Assembly (NCBI GenBank): GCA_965660445.1
Contig: CBFIAK010000001.1
Location: 352,001-416,000, forward strand
Direction of reading: 5' to 3'
DNA: 64,000 nucleotides
DNA from: Patescibacteria group bacterium
Lineage (GTDB): Bacteria; Patescibacteriota; Gracilibacteria; UBA4473
The notes beneath the pieces were generated by a model. The model made no database searches. It was not told where the DNA came from and saw nothing but the letters and a program-made list of their open reading frames with translations. This document shows, piece by piece, positions 20,380 through 29,475 of the stretch; positions within the stretch are counted from its first letter, which is position 1; every line of letters begins with the position of its first letter. The position numbers and the translations under genes are program-made.

Positions 20380-21143
20380 TGACCATGGATTTTAAACAAT
20401 CAACTTTCGGCGAAATTATTGAGAGCGAACGAGAAATGGTACTGAAAGGTGCAGAACTTTATGGTGATTTTTTCGTTAATGCTTTTGAATTCAATAATTT
20501 ATTAAATAATTTCGTAAAATCAATTGATGATGTTGAAAAATACATTTTTATTGCATTTTTATCTCAAGTAAAAAAACATCATACCCTCGCATTATTTTCC
20601 GCGGTGCGACAACATCATGTACAAACAGGTATGAATTTGAGACAGGTGCTGGAAGCAGGTTCATGGGCTGCCTACGCAATGGGAAATAAGGAACAAGAAA
20701 AATTTTGTGAACAAGATTTAAATGGGGTTTTACAAGTTCCAGATAAACTTATGAAAGCAAAGAATAAATGGCTTACTGATAAATATAAAAACGGATCTGA
20801 TGCAATTAGAAGATTGAAAGATTTAATCAATAGCTCTATGGCACACTCAAATATTGTGTACACATTTCAAAACTTTCAAGCAAGACCAACAGATAATCCT
20901 GGCTTTGATATTCCGTTTTTTGATTATTCTGATGATTTTAAGACAAAAACAGATTTATGGTTTATAGGAAATATTGCCTTAGGTTTGCTGGATTTGTTTT
21001 ATGGTGTGAATAAAGATTTCAAAGTTTTTCAATTCATAGATGATTATTTGCCAAGATTTAAAAAGCTCGTTGCTCAGAATGAAGCGCTGAAAGCGGAAAT
21101 GATGAAGCATGAAAGATTTAAAAGTGTAACTCAACAGAAATAA
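20379..21143 (+). CDS. Hypothetical helical protein, possibly DUF5677/HEPN-like
   Basis: LRQVLE and SSMAHS motifs; TAATG coupling at both ends. Confidence 0.7.
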   Translation: MTMDFKQSTFGEIIESEREMVLKGAELYGDFFVNAFEFNNLLNNFVKSIDDVEKYIFIAFLSQVKKHHTLALFSAVRQHHVQTGMNLRQVLEAGSWAAYAMGNKEQEKFCEQDLNGVLQVPDKLMKAKNKWLTDKYKNGSDAIRRLKDLINSSMAHSNIVYTFQNFQARPTDNPGFDIPFFDYSDDFKTKTDLWFIGNIALGLLDLFYGVNKDFKVFQFIDDYLPRFKKLVAQNEALKAEMMKHERFKSVTQQK

Positions 21144-22309
21144 TGACCACAACCACTATAAAAGCAGGCTACAAGATGACCGAGATCGGGGTGATACCCG
21201 AGGATTGGGAGGTGTGGAATTTGGGTGTTATTGGGGAAATTAAGATGTGCAGACGCGTTTTTAATGATCAAACGAAAGCAATTGACGCCATCCCGTTTTA
21301 TAAAATTGGTACTTTTGGAAAAGAAGCTGATGCATATATTTCAAAGAATTTGTATGAAAGTTACAGGAAGAAATTTTCATTTCCTAGAAAAGGAGATATT
21401 TTGATCTCTGCTGCTGGTACAATAGGAAGAACAGTTGTCTACGATGGAAAGCCAGCTTATTTTCAAGATTCAAATATTGTATGGATTGATAATAACGAAA
21501 ATCTGGTTTTTAACACTTATCTTTATTATGTTTATCAGGTTGTAAAATATGATACAGAAGGTGGAACAATTCAGAGACTGTACAATTCCATAATTAAAAA
21601 TGCAGAATTTGCTAAGCCTTTAAAGCTTGAACAACAAGCCATCGCCACTGTCCTCTCCGACACCGACGAGCTGATCCGCTCGCTCTCTGCTCTCATCGCC
21701 AAGAAACGGCAGATAAAAGAAGGAGCAATGCAAGAACTGCTGACAGGGAAAAAGCGACTAGCAGGGTTTAGTGGTGAGTGGGAGGTGAAGAAGTTGGGAG
21801 AAATGTGCGGAAATATTACTACTGGAAAACTTGATGCGAATGCAATGGTCGAAAATGGAGAATATCGTTTTTATACCTGTGCAAAAGAACATTATCGGAT
21901 TAACAATTATGCTTTTGATACAGAAGCTTTGCTCGTTTCAGGGAATGGAGCGAATGTCGGATATGTTCATTACTACAAAGGAAAATTCAATGCTTATCAA
22001 AGAACCTATGTTTTATCTAATTTTTTAGAAGAAGTTCACTTTATAAAAGTGTTTATGGATAGAAATTTGCAAGAAAGAATTAGAGTTGAAGTTAATGCTG
22101 GAAATACACCATACATCACAATGGGAACTTTAACGGAAATGGAAATAAATATTCCTCCAACCAAAGAAGAACAACAAGCTATCGCTGAGATCCTTTCAGG
22201 CATGGACAGTGAGATGACCGCTCTCGAACAGAAGCGAGAGAAATATCGCCTCGTGAAGCAAGGTATGATGCAACAGCTTTTGACTGGCAAGATCAGAATT
22301 CCGAATTAG
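21143..22309 (+). CDS. hsdS: Type I R-M specificity subunit
   Basis: GVIPEDW; two TRDs each followed by EQQAIA..L....MQ.LLTGK. Confidence 0.96.
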   Translation: MTTTTIKAGYKMTEIGVIPEDWEVWNLGVIGEIKMCRRVFNDQTKAIDAIPFYKIGTFGKEADAYISKNLYESYRKKFSFPRKGDILISAAGTIGRTVVYDGKPAYFQDSNIVWIDNNENLVFNTYLYYVYQVVKYDTEGGTIQRLYNSIIKNAEFAKPLKLEQQAIATVLSDTDELIRSLSALIAKKRQIKEGAMQELLTGKKRLAGFSGEWEVKKLGEMCGNITTGKLDANAMVENGEYRFYTCAKEHYRINNYAFDTEALLVSGNGANVGYVHYYKGKFNAYQRTYVLSNFLEEVHFIKVFMDRNLQERIRVEVNAGNTPYITMGTLTEMEINIPPTKEEQQAIAEILSGMDSEMTALEQKREKYRLVKQGMMQQLLTGKIRIPN

Positions 22310-22375
22310 TGTGAACCGTCGACAATTTGTCGATAACTGAATTTATCAGTTTCTAATGCGAAAAATTAGCTTCAT

Positions 22376-22496
22376 TGATAAGTAAGGAGGGTTAGCGATG
22401 ATAAGTAAGGAATGCAGGAAATGATAAGTAAGGTATTTCTGTTAGTTAAAAATACTTGCATAAAAAAGCCTGTTTAGCTAAACTTATGATAAGTAA
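22376..22496 (+). promoter_or_regulatory. Direct-repeat array plus sigma70-like promoter upstream of fic
   Basis: TGATAAGTAAGG at 22376, 22399, 22422; TGATAAGTAA at 22487; TTGCAT(22456)-17 bp-TAAACT(22479). Confidence 0.7.
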
Positions 22497-22516
22497 TAAA
22501 AATTTATATTGAAAGT

Positions 22517-23680
22517 ATGAGTAACTCAAATTTGCAAATAACGATTCCCGATCCAACATGGGGTAGTAAGCTCGCCAATATTGTTTTGGATTTGGAAAAA
22601 TTGCGCTCAAAAAAGCTTCATGGAGAAGTTCCTCCGCATATCTTTTTTCAACTCAAAGACATCTTTCAAATTTTGGAAACTTTGGGTTCGGCGAGAATTG
22701 AGGGAAACAATACCACTCTTTCGGAATATGTGGAGAAAATCATAGAAAACAAGGCAAAGAAAGACGAAAGTCAAAAAGAAGTTTCCAATCTTGATGAAGC
22801 CATTAAATTTATTGAAGAAAATACAGACGAAGAAACAGTCCTTTCTCGGGCTTTTATTTCAGAGCTACATAAGATAATCACTCGAGACCTCACCCCTCCG
22901 CCAAGCGGAGAAGGATCAAACAATCCTGGGAATCTCCGCACGCACAATGTGCAAATCAAAAAGGCAAAACATACGCCCCCTGATTTTGCTGTTTTGCCCG
23001 ATCATTTTGAAGAGTTTTTAAAATTTATAAACAACACTTTTCCTGAGCAATATCAGCTCCTTATGGTGGCTATTGCTCATCATCGTTTTGCTTACATTCA
23101 CCCGTTTGATAATGGAAATGGAAGGATGGGAAGGCTTTTGAATTATGTGCTTCTTATCAAGCTTGGGTTTCGGGTGAAAAACGGAAGAATTATCAACCCA
23201 TCATCAGTTTTTTATACTGATCGAGATAAATATTACGATATGCTCGGAAAAGCAGATTCTTTGGAAAATGCTGATGTTTTAGAGTGGGCGGAGTATTTTC
23301 TTTTAGGACTTAAAAATGAAATTGAAAAAATTGATAGTCTACTGAGTCGCGAATATGTGCAGGAGAAAATTCTTTTACCAGCATTGGATTTTGCCCTAGA
23401 GCGTGAAAATATTACCGAACAAGAATTTAAGATTTTAAAATATCTTTTGCAAAAAGACGATATGGTTATCAAGTCTGAAGAACTCGATGAGTTTGGTATT
23501 GAGAATTCTGTGCAAAAATCCCGTATTATGGCTCGTCTTCGTGAAAAGAAAATAATTCACCCCCTCAAAAAAGGAGGGAGAATTTATACCATTAGTTTTG
23601 TGAATAATTACCTTTTGCGTGGAGTTATCAAAAGCCTTACGGATCAAGGTTTTGTTTCTGATTTTTTAAATACGAATTAA
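22517..23680 (+). CDS. Fic family protein
   Basis: HPFDNGNGRMGR Fic motif; SARIEGN inhibitory-helix motif; C-terminal wHTH-like region. Confidence 0.95.
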   Translation: MSNSNLQITIPDPTWGSKLANIVLDLEKLRSKKLHGEVPPHIFFQLKDIFQILETLGSARIEGNNTTLSEYVEKIIENKAKKDESQKEVSNLDEAIKFIEENTDEETVLSRAFISELHKIITRDLTPPPSGEGSNNPGNLRTHNVQIKKAKHTPPDFAVLPDHFEEFLKFINNTFPEQYQLLMVAIAHHRFAYIHPFDNGNGRMGRLLNYVLLIKLGFRVKNGRIINPSSVFYTDRDKYYDMLGKADSLENADVLEWAEYFLLGLKNEIEKIDSLLSREYVQEKILLPALDFALERENITEQEFKILKYLLQKDDMVIKSEELDEFGIENSVQKSRIMARLREKKIIHPLKKGGRIYTISFVNNYLLRGVIKSLTDQGFVSDFLNTN

Positions 23681-23683
23681 ATT

Positions 23684-26600
23684 ATGAATTCTCAATCAAT
23701 CAAAGTCGGCCAAATAGAAAGACTCACACAAGATCGCGTGGTGCAGTTTTTTCAGGACTCTCTCGGCTACGACTACCTCGGAGACTGGCAAGACCGCGAT
23801 GGTAATTCGTGTATTGAGGAGGAATATTTGCGGAAATTTTTGGTGTCTCAAGGATATAGCGACTCGCTCATTACCAAAGCTTTGTATGAAATAAATAAAG
23901 TCGCAGGCGACCAAGTAAAAAGCCTGTATGACATCAATAAAGAAGTGTACAGCCTGCTTCGCTACGGGGTAAAAGTAAAAGAAGGTGTGGGCGAAAACAC
24001 GCAAGATGTGTGGTTGATTGACTGGAAAAATCCAAGCAAAAATCACTTTGCTATTGCAGAGGAAGTGACCGTGCAAGGACAAAATACCAAACGCCCCGAT
24101 ATTGTGCTGTATGTGAATGGGATCGCCCTCGGCGTGATCGAACTCAAACGCAGTAAAGTGTCTGTCGCCGAAGGAATCCGTCAAAACCTCGACAATCAAA
24201 AGAAACTTTTTATTCAGGGCTTTTTTGCTTGCATGCAATATGTAATGGCGGGAAATGACACGGAGGGACTTCGCTACGGAACCATTGAAACCTCGGAGAA
24301 GTATTATCTTTCTTGGAAAGAATCAGGCACAGAAAGCAATCTCCTCGACCGTCATATCGGACAAATGTGCCAAAAGGAGCGGTTTCTGGAGCTGATTCAT
24401 GACTTTATCGTCTATGATAAGGGGGTAAAAAAAGTTTGCCGACACAATCAATATTTTGGAATAAAAGCGGCTCAAGATTCACTCCACCGAAGAGAAGGCG
24501 GAATTATTTGGCACACACAAGGAAGCGGAAAAAGCCTCACCATGGTTTGGCTTGCCAAGTGGATAAAGGAAAACATCAATGATTCACGAATTCTTATTAT
24601 TACCGATCGAGAGGAGCTGGATGATCAAATCAAAAAAGTATTCAAAGGTGTTGGAGAAACAGATATTCATCGAACAAGTAGCGGAAATGATCTCATCAAG
24701 CAGCTCAACTTAAAAGAAAAATCACTTCTCTGCTCGCTGGTGCACAAATTTGGCGGAAAAGATGAAGATGGCACAGACGACTACATTGCCGAACTCAAGA
24801 AAAATCTGCCAAAAGACTTCAAAGCCAAGGGCGATATTTATGTGTTTGTCGATGAATGTCATCGAACCCAATCGGGAAAATTGCACGAAGCGATGAAGGA
24901 GATTTTGCCGAATGCTGTGTTTATCGGTTTCACAGGTACGCCACTACTCAAAAAAGATAAGCAAAAGAGTATCGAGATCTTTGGGAAATACATTCACACT
25001 TACAAATTTGATGAAGCGGTGCGAGATGAAGTGGTGCTGGATTTGCGTTATGAAGCTCGGGACATTGACCAAAAAATAACTTCTCAAGATAAAATCGACG
25101 CTTGGTTTGACGCCAAGACTCGCGGACTGACGGATTTTGCCAAAGTAGAACTCAAGAAAAAATGGGGAACCATGCAAAAGGTGCTAAGTTCTCTTTCTCG
25201 ACTCAATAAAATCACTTCCGATATTTTGCTCGATTTTGAGACCAAACCACGGCTTTATGATGGAAGCGGAAACGCCATGCTGGTCGCTGGCAGTATTTAC
25301 GAAGCGTGTAAGTATTACGAGATTTTCCAAAATCACGGCTTCAAAAAATGTGCGATTATTTCTTCTTACAACCCGACCGTTGCCTCAATCAAAGGTGAAA
25401 GCACGGGAGAAGACGAAGAATCAGACAATTTGAAAAAATACGAGGTATACAACCGCATGATCAAGCAATGGTTTAATTATCCCGAAAACAAAGCTCTGAC
25501 CGATAAAGATACCGAGAAATTTGAGGATGATATTAAAAAGAAATTCATCGAAGAACCTGGCCAAATGAAACTGCTGATCGTAGTGGACAAACTGCTTACG
25601 GGCTTTGATGCGCCGTCGGCTTCGTACTTGTATATCGATAAAAATATGCAAGACCACGGGCTATTTCAGGCAATTTGCCGAGTAAATCGACTTGATGGTG
25701 AAAGCAAAGAATACGGCTACATCGTGGATTACAAAGATCTTTTCAAAAAACTGGAAAATGCCGTTGGTGATTATACTTCGGAAGCCTTTGATAGTTTTGA
25801 TGCGGAAGATGTGGAAGGACTTTTGAAAGACCGTTTGGAAAAAGGAAAAGAGCGACTGGATGAGGCCTTGGAAGTGGTGCGCGCACTGTGCGAAGGTGTG
25901 GCTGCTCCAAAGCAGTCGCCTGAGTACATTGCCTATTTCTGCGGTGATGATCTCAAAGCAAATGAGCAAAAACGAGTTCATCTTTATAAAAAAACAGCTT
26001 CACTAATCCGAGCCTATGCCAACTTGGCAAATGAAATGCAAGAAGCGGGCTACACCGAAGCGGAGATTGCACAAATTAAAAAAGAAGTGGAACACTACAA
26101 AGACGTGCGTGAAGAGGTGCAGCTCTCAAGCGGTGATTACATTGATCTCAAGGCCTACGAGCCAGCCATGAGGCATTTGATTGATTCGTATATCAGCGCA
26201 GAAGAAAGCGAAAAAATCTCGGCATTTGACGATATGAGCTTGCTTCAGTTGATTGTGGAGCGTGGCATTGATGAAGCAATTAAGGCACTTCCCCGAAGCA
26301 TTGGCAAACACAAGGAATCCATTGCCGAAACAATCGAAAACAATATTCGCAAACTCATCACCGACGAGCAATCAGTCAATCCGAAGTTTTACGAGCGTAT
26401 GTCTATCCTGCTCGATGAACTCATCGAAGCTCGCCGAAAATCATCCATCAATTATCAGGAATATTTGAAACGAGTGGTGGAATTGACCAAGTTGGTGCGA
26501 GGAGATGAAAAAGAATCAAGTTATCCAAGCACTCTTGATGGCAAAGCCCAAAAAGCCATCTACGATAACCTTGGGCAAGATGAAGATTTGGCAATTGCGA

Positions 26601-26752
26601 TTGATGAAGCTGTGCGCACTACCAAAAAAGACGGCTGGCGTGGAAATCGAATCAAAGAGCGAGAAGTGAAAAATGCTCTTCGTAAATTTATCCAAGATGA
26701 ACATGCTCTGGAAAAATTATTTGAACTCATAAAAAACCAAGATGAATACTAA
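23684..26752 (+). CDS. hsdR: Type I R-M restriction subunit
   Basis: RPDIVLYVNGIALGVIELK nuclease, HTQGSGKS, DECHR, FTGTP, LLTGFDAP, QAICRVNR. Confidence 0.97.
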   Translation: MNSQSIKVGQIERLTQDRVVQFFQDSLGYDYLGDWQDRDGNSCIEEEYLRKFLVSQGYSDSLITKALYEINKVAGDQVKSLYDINKEVYSLLRYGVKVKEGVGENTQDVWLIDWKNPSKNHFAIAEEVTVQGQNTKRPDIVLYVNGIALGVIELKRSKVSVAEGIRQNLDNQKKLFIQGFFACMQYVMAGNDTEGLRYGTIETSEKYYLSWKESGTESNLLDRHIGQMCQKERFLELIHDFIVYDKGVKKVCRHNQYFGIKAAQDSLHRREGGIIWHTQGSGKSLTMVWLAKWIKENINDSRILIITDREELDDQIKKVFKGVGETDIHRTSSGNDLIKQLNLKEKSLLCSLVHKFGGKDEDGTDDYIAELKKNLPKDFKAKGDIYVFVDECHRTQSGKLHEAMKEILPNAVFIGFTGTPLLKKDKQKSIEIFGKYIHTYKFDEAVRDEVVLDLRYEARDIDQKITSQDKIDAWFDAKTRGLTDFAKVELKKKWGTMQKVLSSLSRLNKITSDILLDFETKPRLYDGSGNAMLVAGSIYEACKYYEIFQNHGFKKCAIISSYNPTVASIKGESTGEDEESDNLKKYEVYNRMIKQWFNYPENKALTDKDTEKFEDDIKKKFIEEPGQMKLLIVVDKLLTGFDAPSASYLYIDKNMQDHGLFQAICRVNRLDGESKEYGYIVDYKDLFKKLENAVGDYTSEAFDSFDAEDVEGLLKDRLEKGKERLDEALEVVRALCEGVAAPKQSPEYIAYFCGDDLKANEQKRVHLYKKTASLIRAYANLANEMQEAGYTEAEIAQIKKEVEHYKDVREEVQLSSGDYIDLKAYEPAMRHLIDSYISAEESEKISAFDDMSLLQLIVERGIDEAIKALPRSIGKHKESIAETIENNIRKLITDEQSVNPKFYERMSILLDELIEARRKSSINYQEYLKRVVELTKLVRGDEKESSYPSTLDGKAQKAIYDNLGQDEDLAIAIDEAVRTTKKDGWRGNRIKEREVKNALRKFIQDEHALEKLFELIKNQDEY

Positions 26753-27476
26753 AGTCATTCATAGCGAAATGTTGGTCGGCAACCTGCAGGTAAGCGTCTT
26801 GAAAAAGGCGGTGAAAAACCTGCATTTAAATGTGCTTCCTCCACATGGTAAGGTGCGTGTGTCTGTACCGCCAAGCATGGATGATGATGCGATCCGAGTA
26901 TTTATTGCCAGCAAAATACCGTGGATCAATAAGCAAATCGAAAAATTTAAAAACCAACCCCGAGAAAGTAAGCGAGAATTTATGACGGGAGAAAGCCATT
27001 ATTTTCAAGGGAAACGCTATCTTTTGCATGTTGTAGAGTCAGAAGGTCGGGCGAAGGTGGAAATCAGAAATAAGAAGTATTTGGATTTGCATATTTCCAA
27101 AGGTTCCAGCTCAGCGGAGCGAGAAAGAATATTGACCGTGTGGTATCGCAACGAACTCAAAAAACAAGTGCCTACATTGCTCGAGAAATGGGAGAAAATC
27201 ATGGGCGTAAAAGCCAATGAATGGCGAGTAAAGTATATGAAAACCAAATGGGGAACCTGCAATAGTCAGGCAAAACGAATTTGGCTCAACCTAGAACTCG
27301 CAAAAAAGCCCCTACATTGCCTTGAATACATCATTGTGCATGAACTAGCCCACTTGCTCGAAAGAAGCCACAACGAGCGATTTGTGGCCTACATGGACAA
27401 GTTTATGCCCGAGTGGAGAGTTCGAAAGGAGGAACTCAACAAATTCATCCTGACTTATGAGGAGTGGGGGGAGTGA
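26742..27476 (+). CDS. M48/YgjP (DUF45) metal-dependent hydrolase
   Basis: MKTKWGTC, YIIVHELAHL..H; typical hsdR neighbour. Confidence 0.92.
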   Translation: MNTKVIHSEMLVGNLQVSVLKKAVKNLHLNVLPPHGKVRVSVPPSMDDDAIRVFIASKIPWINKQIEKFKNQPRESKREFMTGESHYFQGKRYLLHVVESEGRAKVEIRNKKYLDLHISKGSSSAERERILTVWYRNELKKQVPTLLEKWEKIMGVKANEWRVKYMKTKWGTCNSQAKRIWLNLELAKKPLHCLEYIIVHELAHLLERSHNERFVAYMDKFMPEWRVRKEELNKFILTYEEWGE

Positions 27477-27492
27477 AATTAATTCAAAAAAT

Positions 27493-29475
27493 ATGAGAAT
27501 ACATAAAATCAACGTCATCAATTACAGGTTGTTAAAAGATTTTTCTATCGATTTGGCAGAAGATTTCTCTTTGGTAATTGGGAAAAATAACACGGGGAAA
27601 ACATCATTTCTCCAAATTTTACAAAAATTTCTATCTGCAAACTCAAATAATTTTAGTTTTGAGGATTTTCATGTTGATATTCAAAAGGATATTTCCCAAA
27701 AAATAGAAGCTACAGATGAATTAGCAGAAGAAAACTATGAGGAGCCCAAAATAAAATTACTGATTGCTATTGAAAGAGATGACAATGATAGTCTTGAGAA
27801 TATCTCTGATTTGATTATTGACCTAGATCCAAACAACAAAACCTTGCTTTTATCTTTTGAGTACGCTCTTAATTTTGAAAACTTTATAAAAATTAGAAGT
27901 GATTTTAAGGATCATCACTTGGAAAGAGTTGCTGATTTTTTGAGTAAACATCATAAAGCTTATTTCAAAATTAAAAAAAGTGTTATTGATAAAAATGATG
28001 AAGATAATTTCATAGAAATTGAGGACTCTAAGCTCAAGAGAATTATAAATATTCAGACAATCTCTGCTAAACGAGATGTTTTAAATGAAGATGGTGAGGA
28101 TTCCAAATCTAACAATGCCTTATCAAAATTATCGTATAAATACTATGAGCCATCCAAAAATTCTAATGCTCCTCATGTAATTGATCTACAAAAAAAATTA
28201 ATTGAAACAGATAATAACTTAACTCAGTCCTATGAGGGTATTTTTAAGAAAGTAACAGAAGACGTAAAAAAATTCAGTTATAGCGGATCAAAAATTTTCG
28301 TTAAATCAAATTTCCAAGAAATAAGCCTTTTAAAAGAAAACACTTCTGTCGTTTATGACGAAAAGGGATGCCACTTACCTGAGGATCATAACGGTTTGGG
28401 ATATATGAATCTGTTTGCAATGATTTTCAAATTGCACATTATTTTTGATGAGTTCAAAAAGGTTCATTCTGACTCTAAAATGGCAGATATAAACTTACTT
28501 TTCATTGAAGAACCTGAAGCGCATACTCATCCACAAATGCAGTATGTCTTTATTAAGAATATTAAAAACTTCTTAAGTGAAAATAAAGAAAGTTTGAATT
28601 TGCAAACAGTAATCACAACTCATTCTGCACATATTGGATCTCAGAGTGATTTCAGTGATATAAAATATTTTCTTTGTAGAGATGATCGGGTTGTTGTAAA
28701 AAATCTATCCATCTTGGAGGATAAATACGGAAAAGACGATGAAGGTAAGGCAAGTTTTAAATTCCTAAAACAATATCTAACCTTGCATAGGGCGGAACTC
28801 TTCTTCTCTGACAAAATTATTTTTATTGAGGGTGATACGGAAAGGATTTTGTTGCCAGCTATGATGAAAAAGCTTGATGACGAAAATAAAGAGACGGAAG
28901 GTTTTAGCCCATTATTATCTCAAAAAATATCGATTATTGAGGTTGGTGCGCACTCCAAATTATTTGATAAATTCCTTGAGTTTTTGGAAATTAAAACCTT
29001 AATTATTACAGATTTAGATTCTGTAAAAGATAATGGTGCAGGTAGAAAAGAATCGTGCAAAGTCTCAGAAGGAACAGATACTTGTAATTCTTCCATTAAG
29101 CATTATTTGCAAGGAAAAAACTGGGATGATTTAAAAAGTATTACGAATGAGCAAAGAGTTGTGACTAGAGAAAATACAGAAATATACATAGCTTATCAGT
29201 CAGAGGAAGAAAGTTATCAGGCAAGATCTTTTGAAGATGCTTTTTTGAGCCTTAATCTTGAGTTTATCAAATCAAAAAAGGATGATTTTAATAGCTTGAA
29301 AAATATAAATATCATAGATTCAACTACACCTGATTATTTCGAGATTGGAGAAAAATGCATTGATAAAAAGACGGAATTTTCAACGGATATTTTATTTTAT
29401 TCTGATGAAGGATTTACGAATTGGAAAACACCTGCATATATTAATAATGGATTACTATGGCTGATGAAAAAATAA
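27493..29475 (+). CDS. OLD-family ATP-dependent nuclease (GajA-like)
   Basis: GKNNTGKT, IEEPEAHTHP, TTHS, TOPRIM FIEGDTE and ITDLDS; start moved to MRIHK. Confidence 0.92.
   Translation: MRIHKINVINYRLLKDFSIDLAEDFSLVIGKNNTGKTSFLQILQKFLSANSNNFSFEDFHVDIQKDISQKIEATDELAEENYEEPKIKLLIAIERDDNDSLENISDLIIDLDPNNKTLLLSFEYALNFENFIKIRSDFKDHHLERVADFLSKHHKAYFKIKKSVIDKNDEDNFIEIEDSKLKRIINIQTISAKRDVLNEDGEDSKSNNALSKLSYKYYEPSKNSNAPHVIDLQKKLIETDNNLTQSYEGIFKKVTEDVKKFSYSGSKIFVKSNFQEISLLKENTSVVYDEKGCHLPEDHNGLGYMNLFAMIFKLHIIFDEFKKVHSDSKMADINLLFIEEPEAHTHPQMQYVFIKNIKNFLSENKESLNLQTVITTHSAHIGSQSDFSDIKYFLCRDDRVVVKNLSILEDKYGKDDEGKASFKFLKQYLTLHRAELFFSDKIIFIEGDTERILLPAMMKKLDDENKETEGFSPLLSQKISIIEVGAHSKLFDKFLEFLEIKTLIITDLDSVKDNGAGRKESCKVSEGTDTCNSSIKHYLQGKNWDDLKSITNEQRVVTRENTEIYIAYQSEEESYQARSFEDAFLSLNLEFIKSKKDDFNSLKNINIIDSTTPDYFEIGEKCIDKKTEFSTDILFYSDEGFTNWKTPAYINNGLLWLMKK

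Noticed and set aside
21143-22309. hsdS phase-variable shufflon
   Set aside because: Single hsdS, only the normal direct conserved-region repeats, no silent TRDs or inverted repeats seen
22310-22345. EPSTICR* fragment resembling a Bro-N/DinD-like gene remnant
   Set aside because: Only about ten codons; too short to support
22376-22433. TGATAAGTAAGG repeats as a mini-CRISPR
   Set aside because: 12-nt repeats with 11-nt gaps are far too short; an operator array fits better
23696-26704. Several long antisense ORFs within hsdR
   Set aside because: Expected codon-bias shadows with no recognisable motifs
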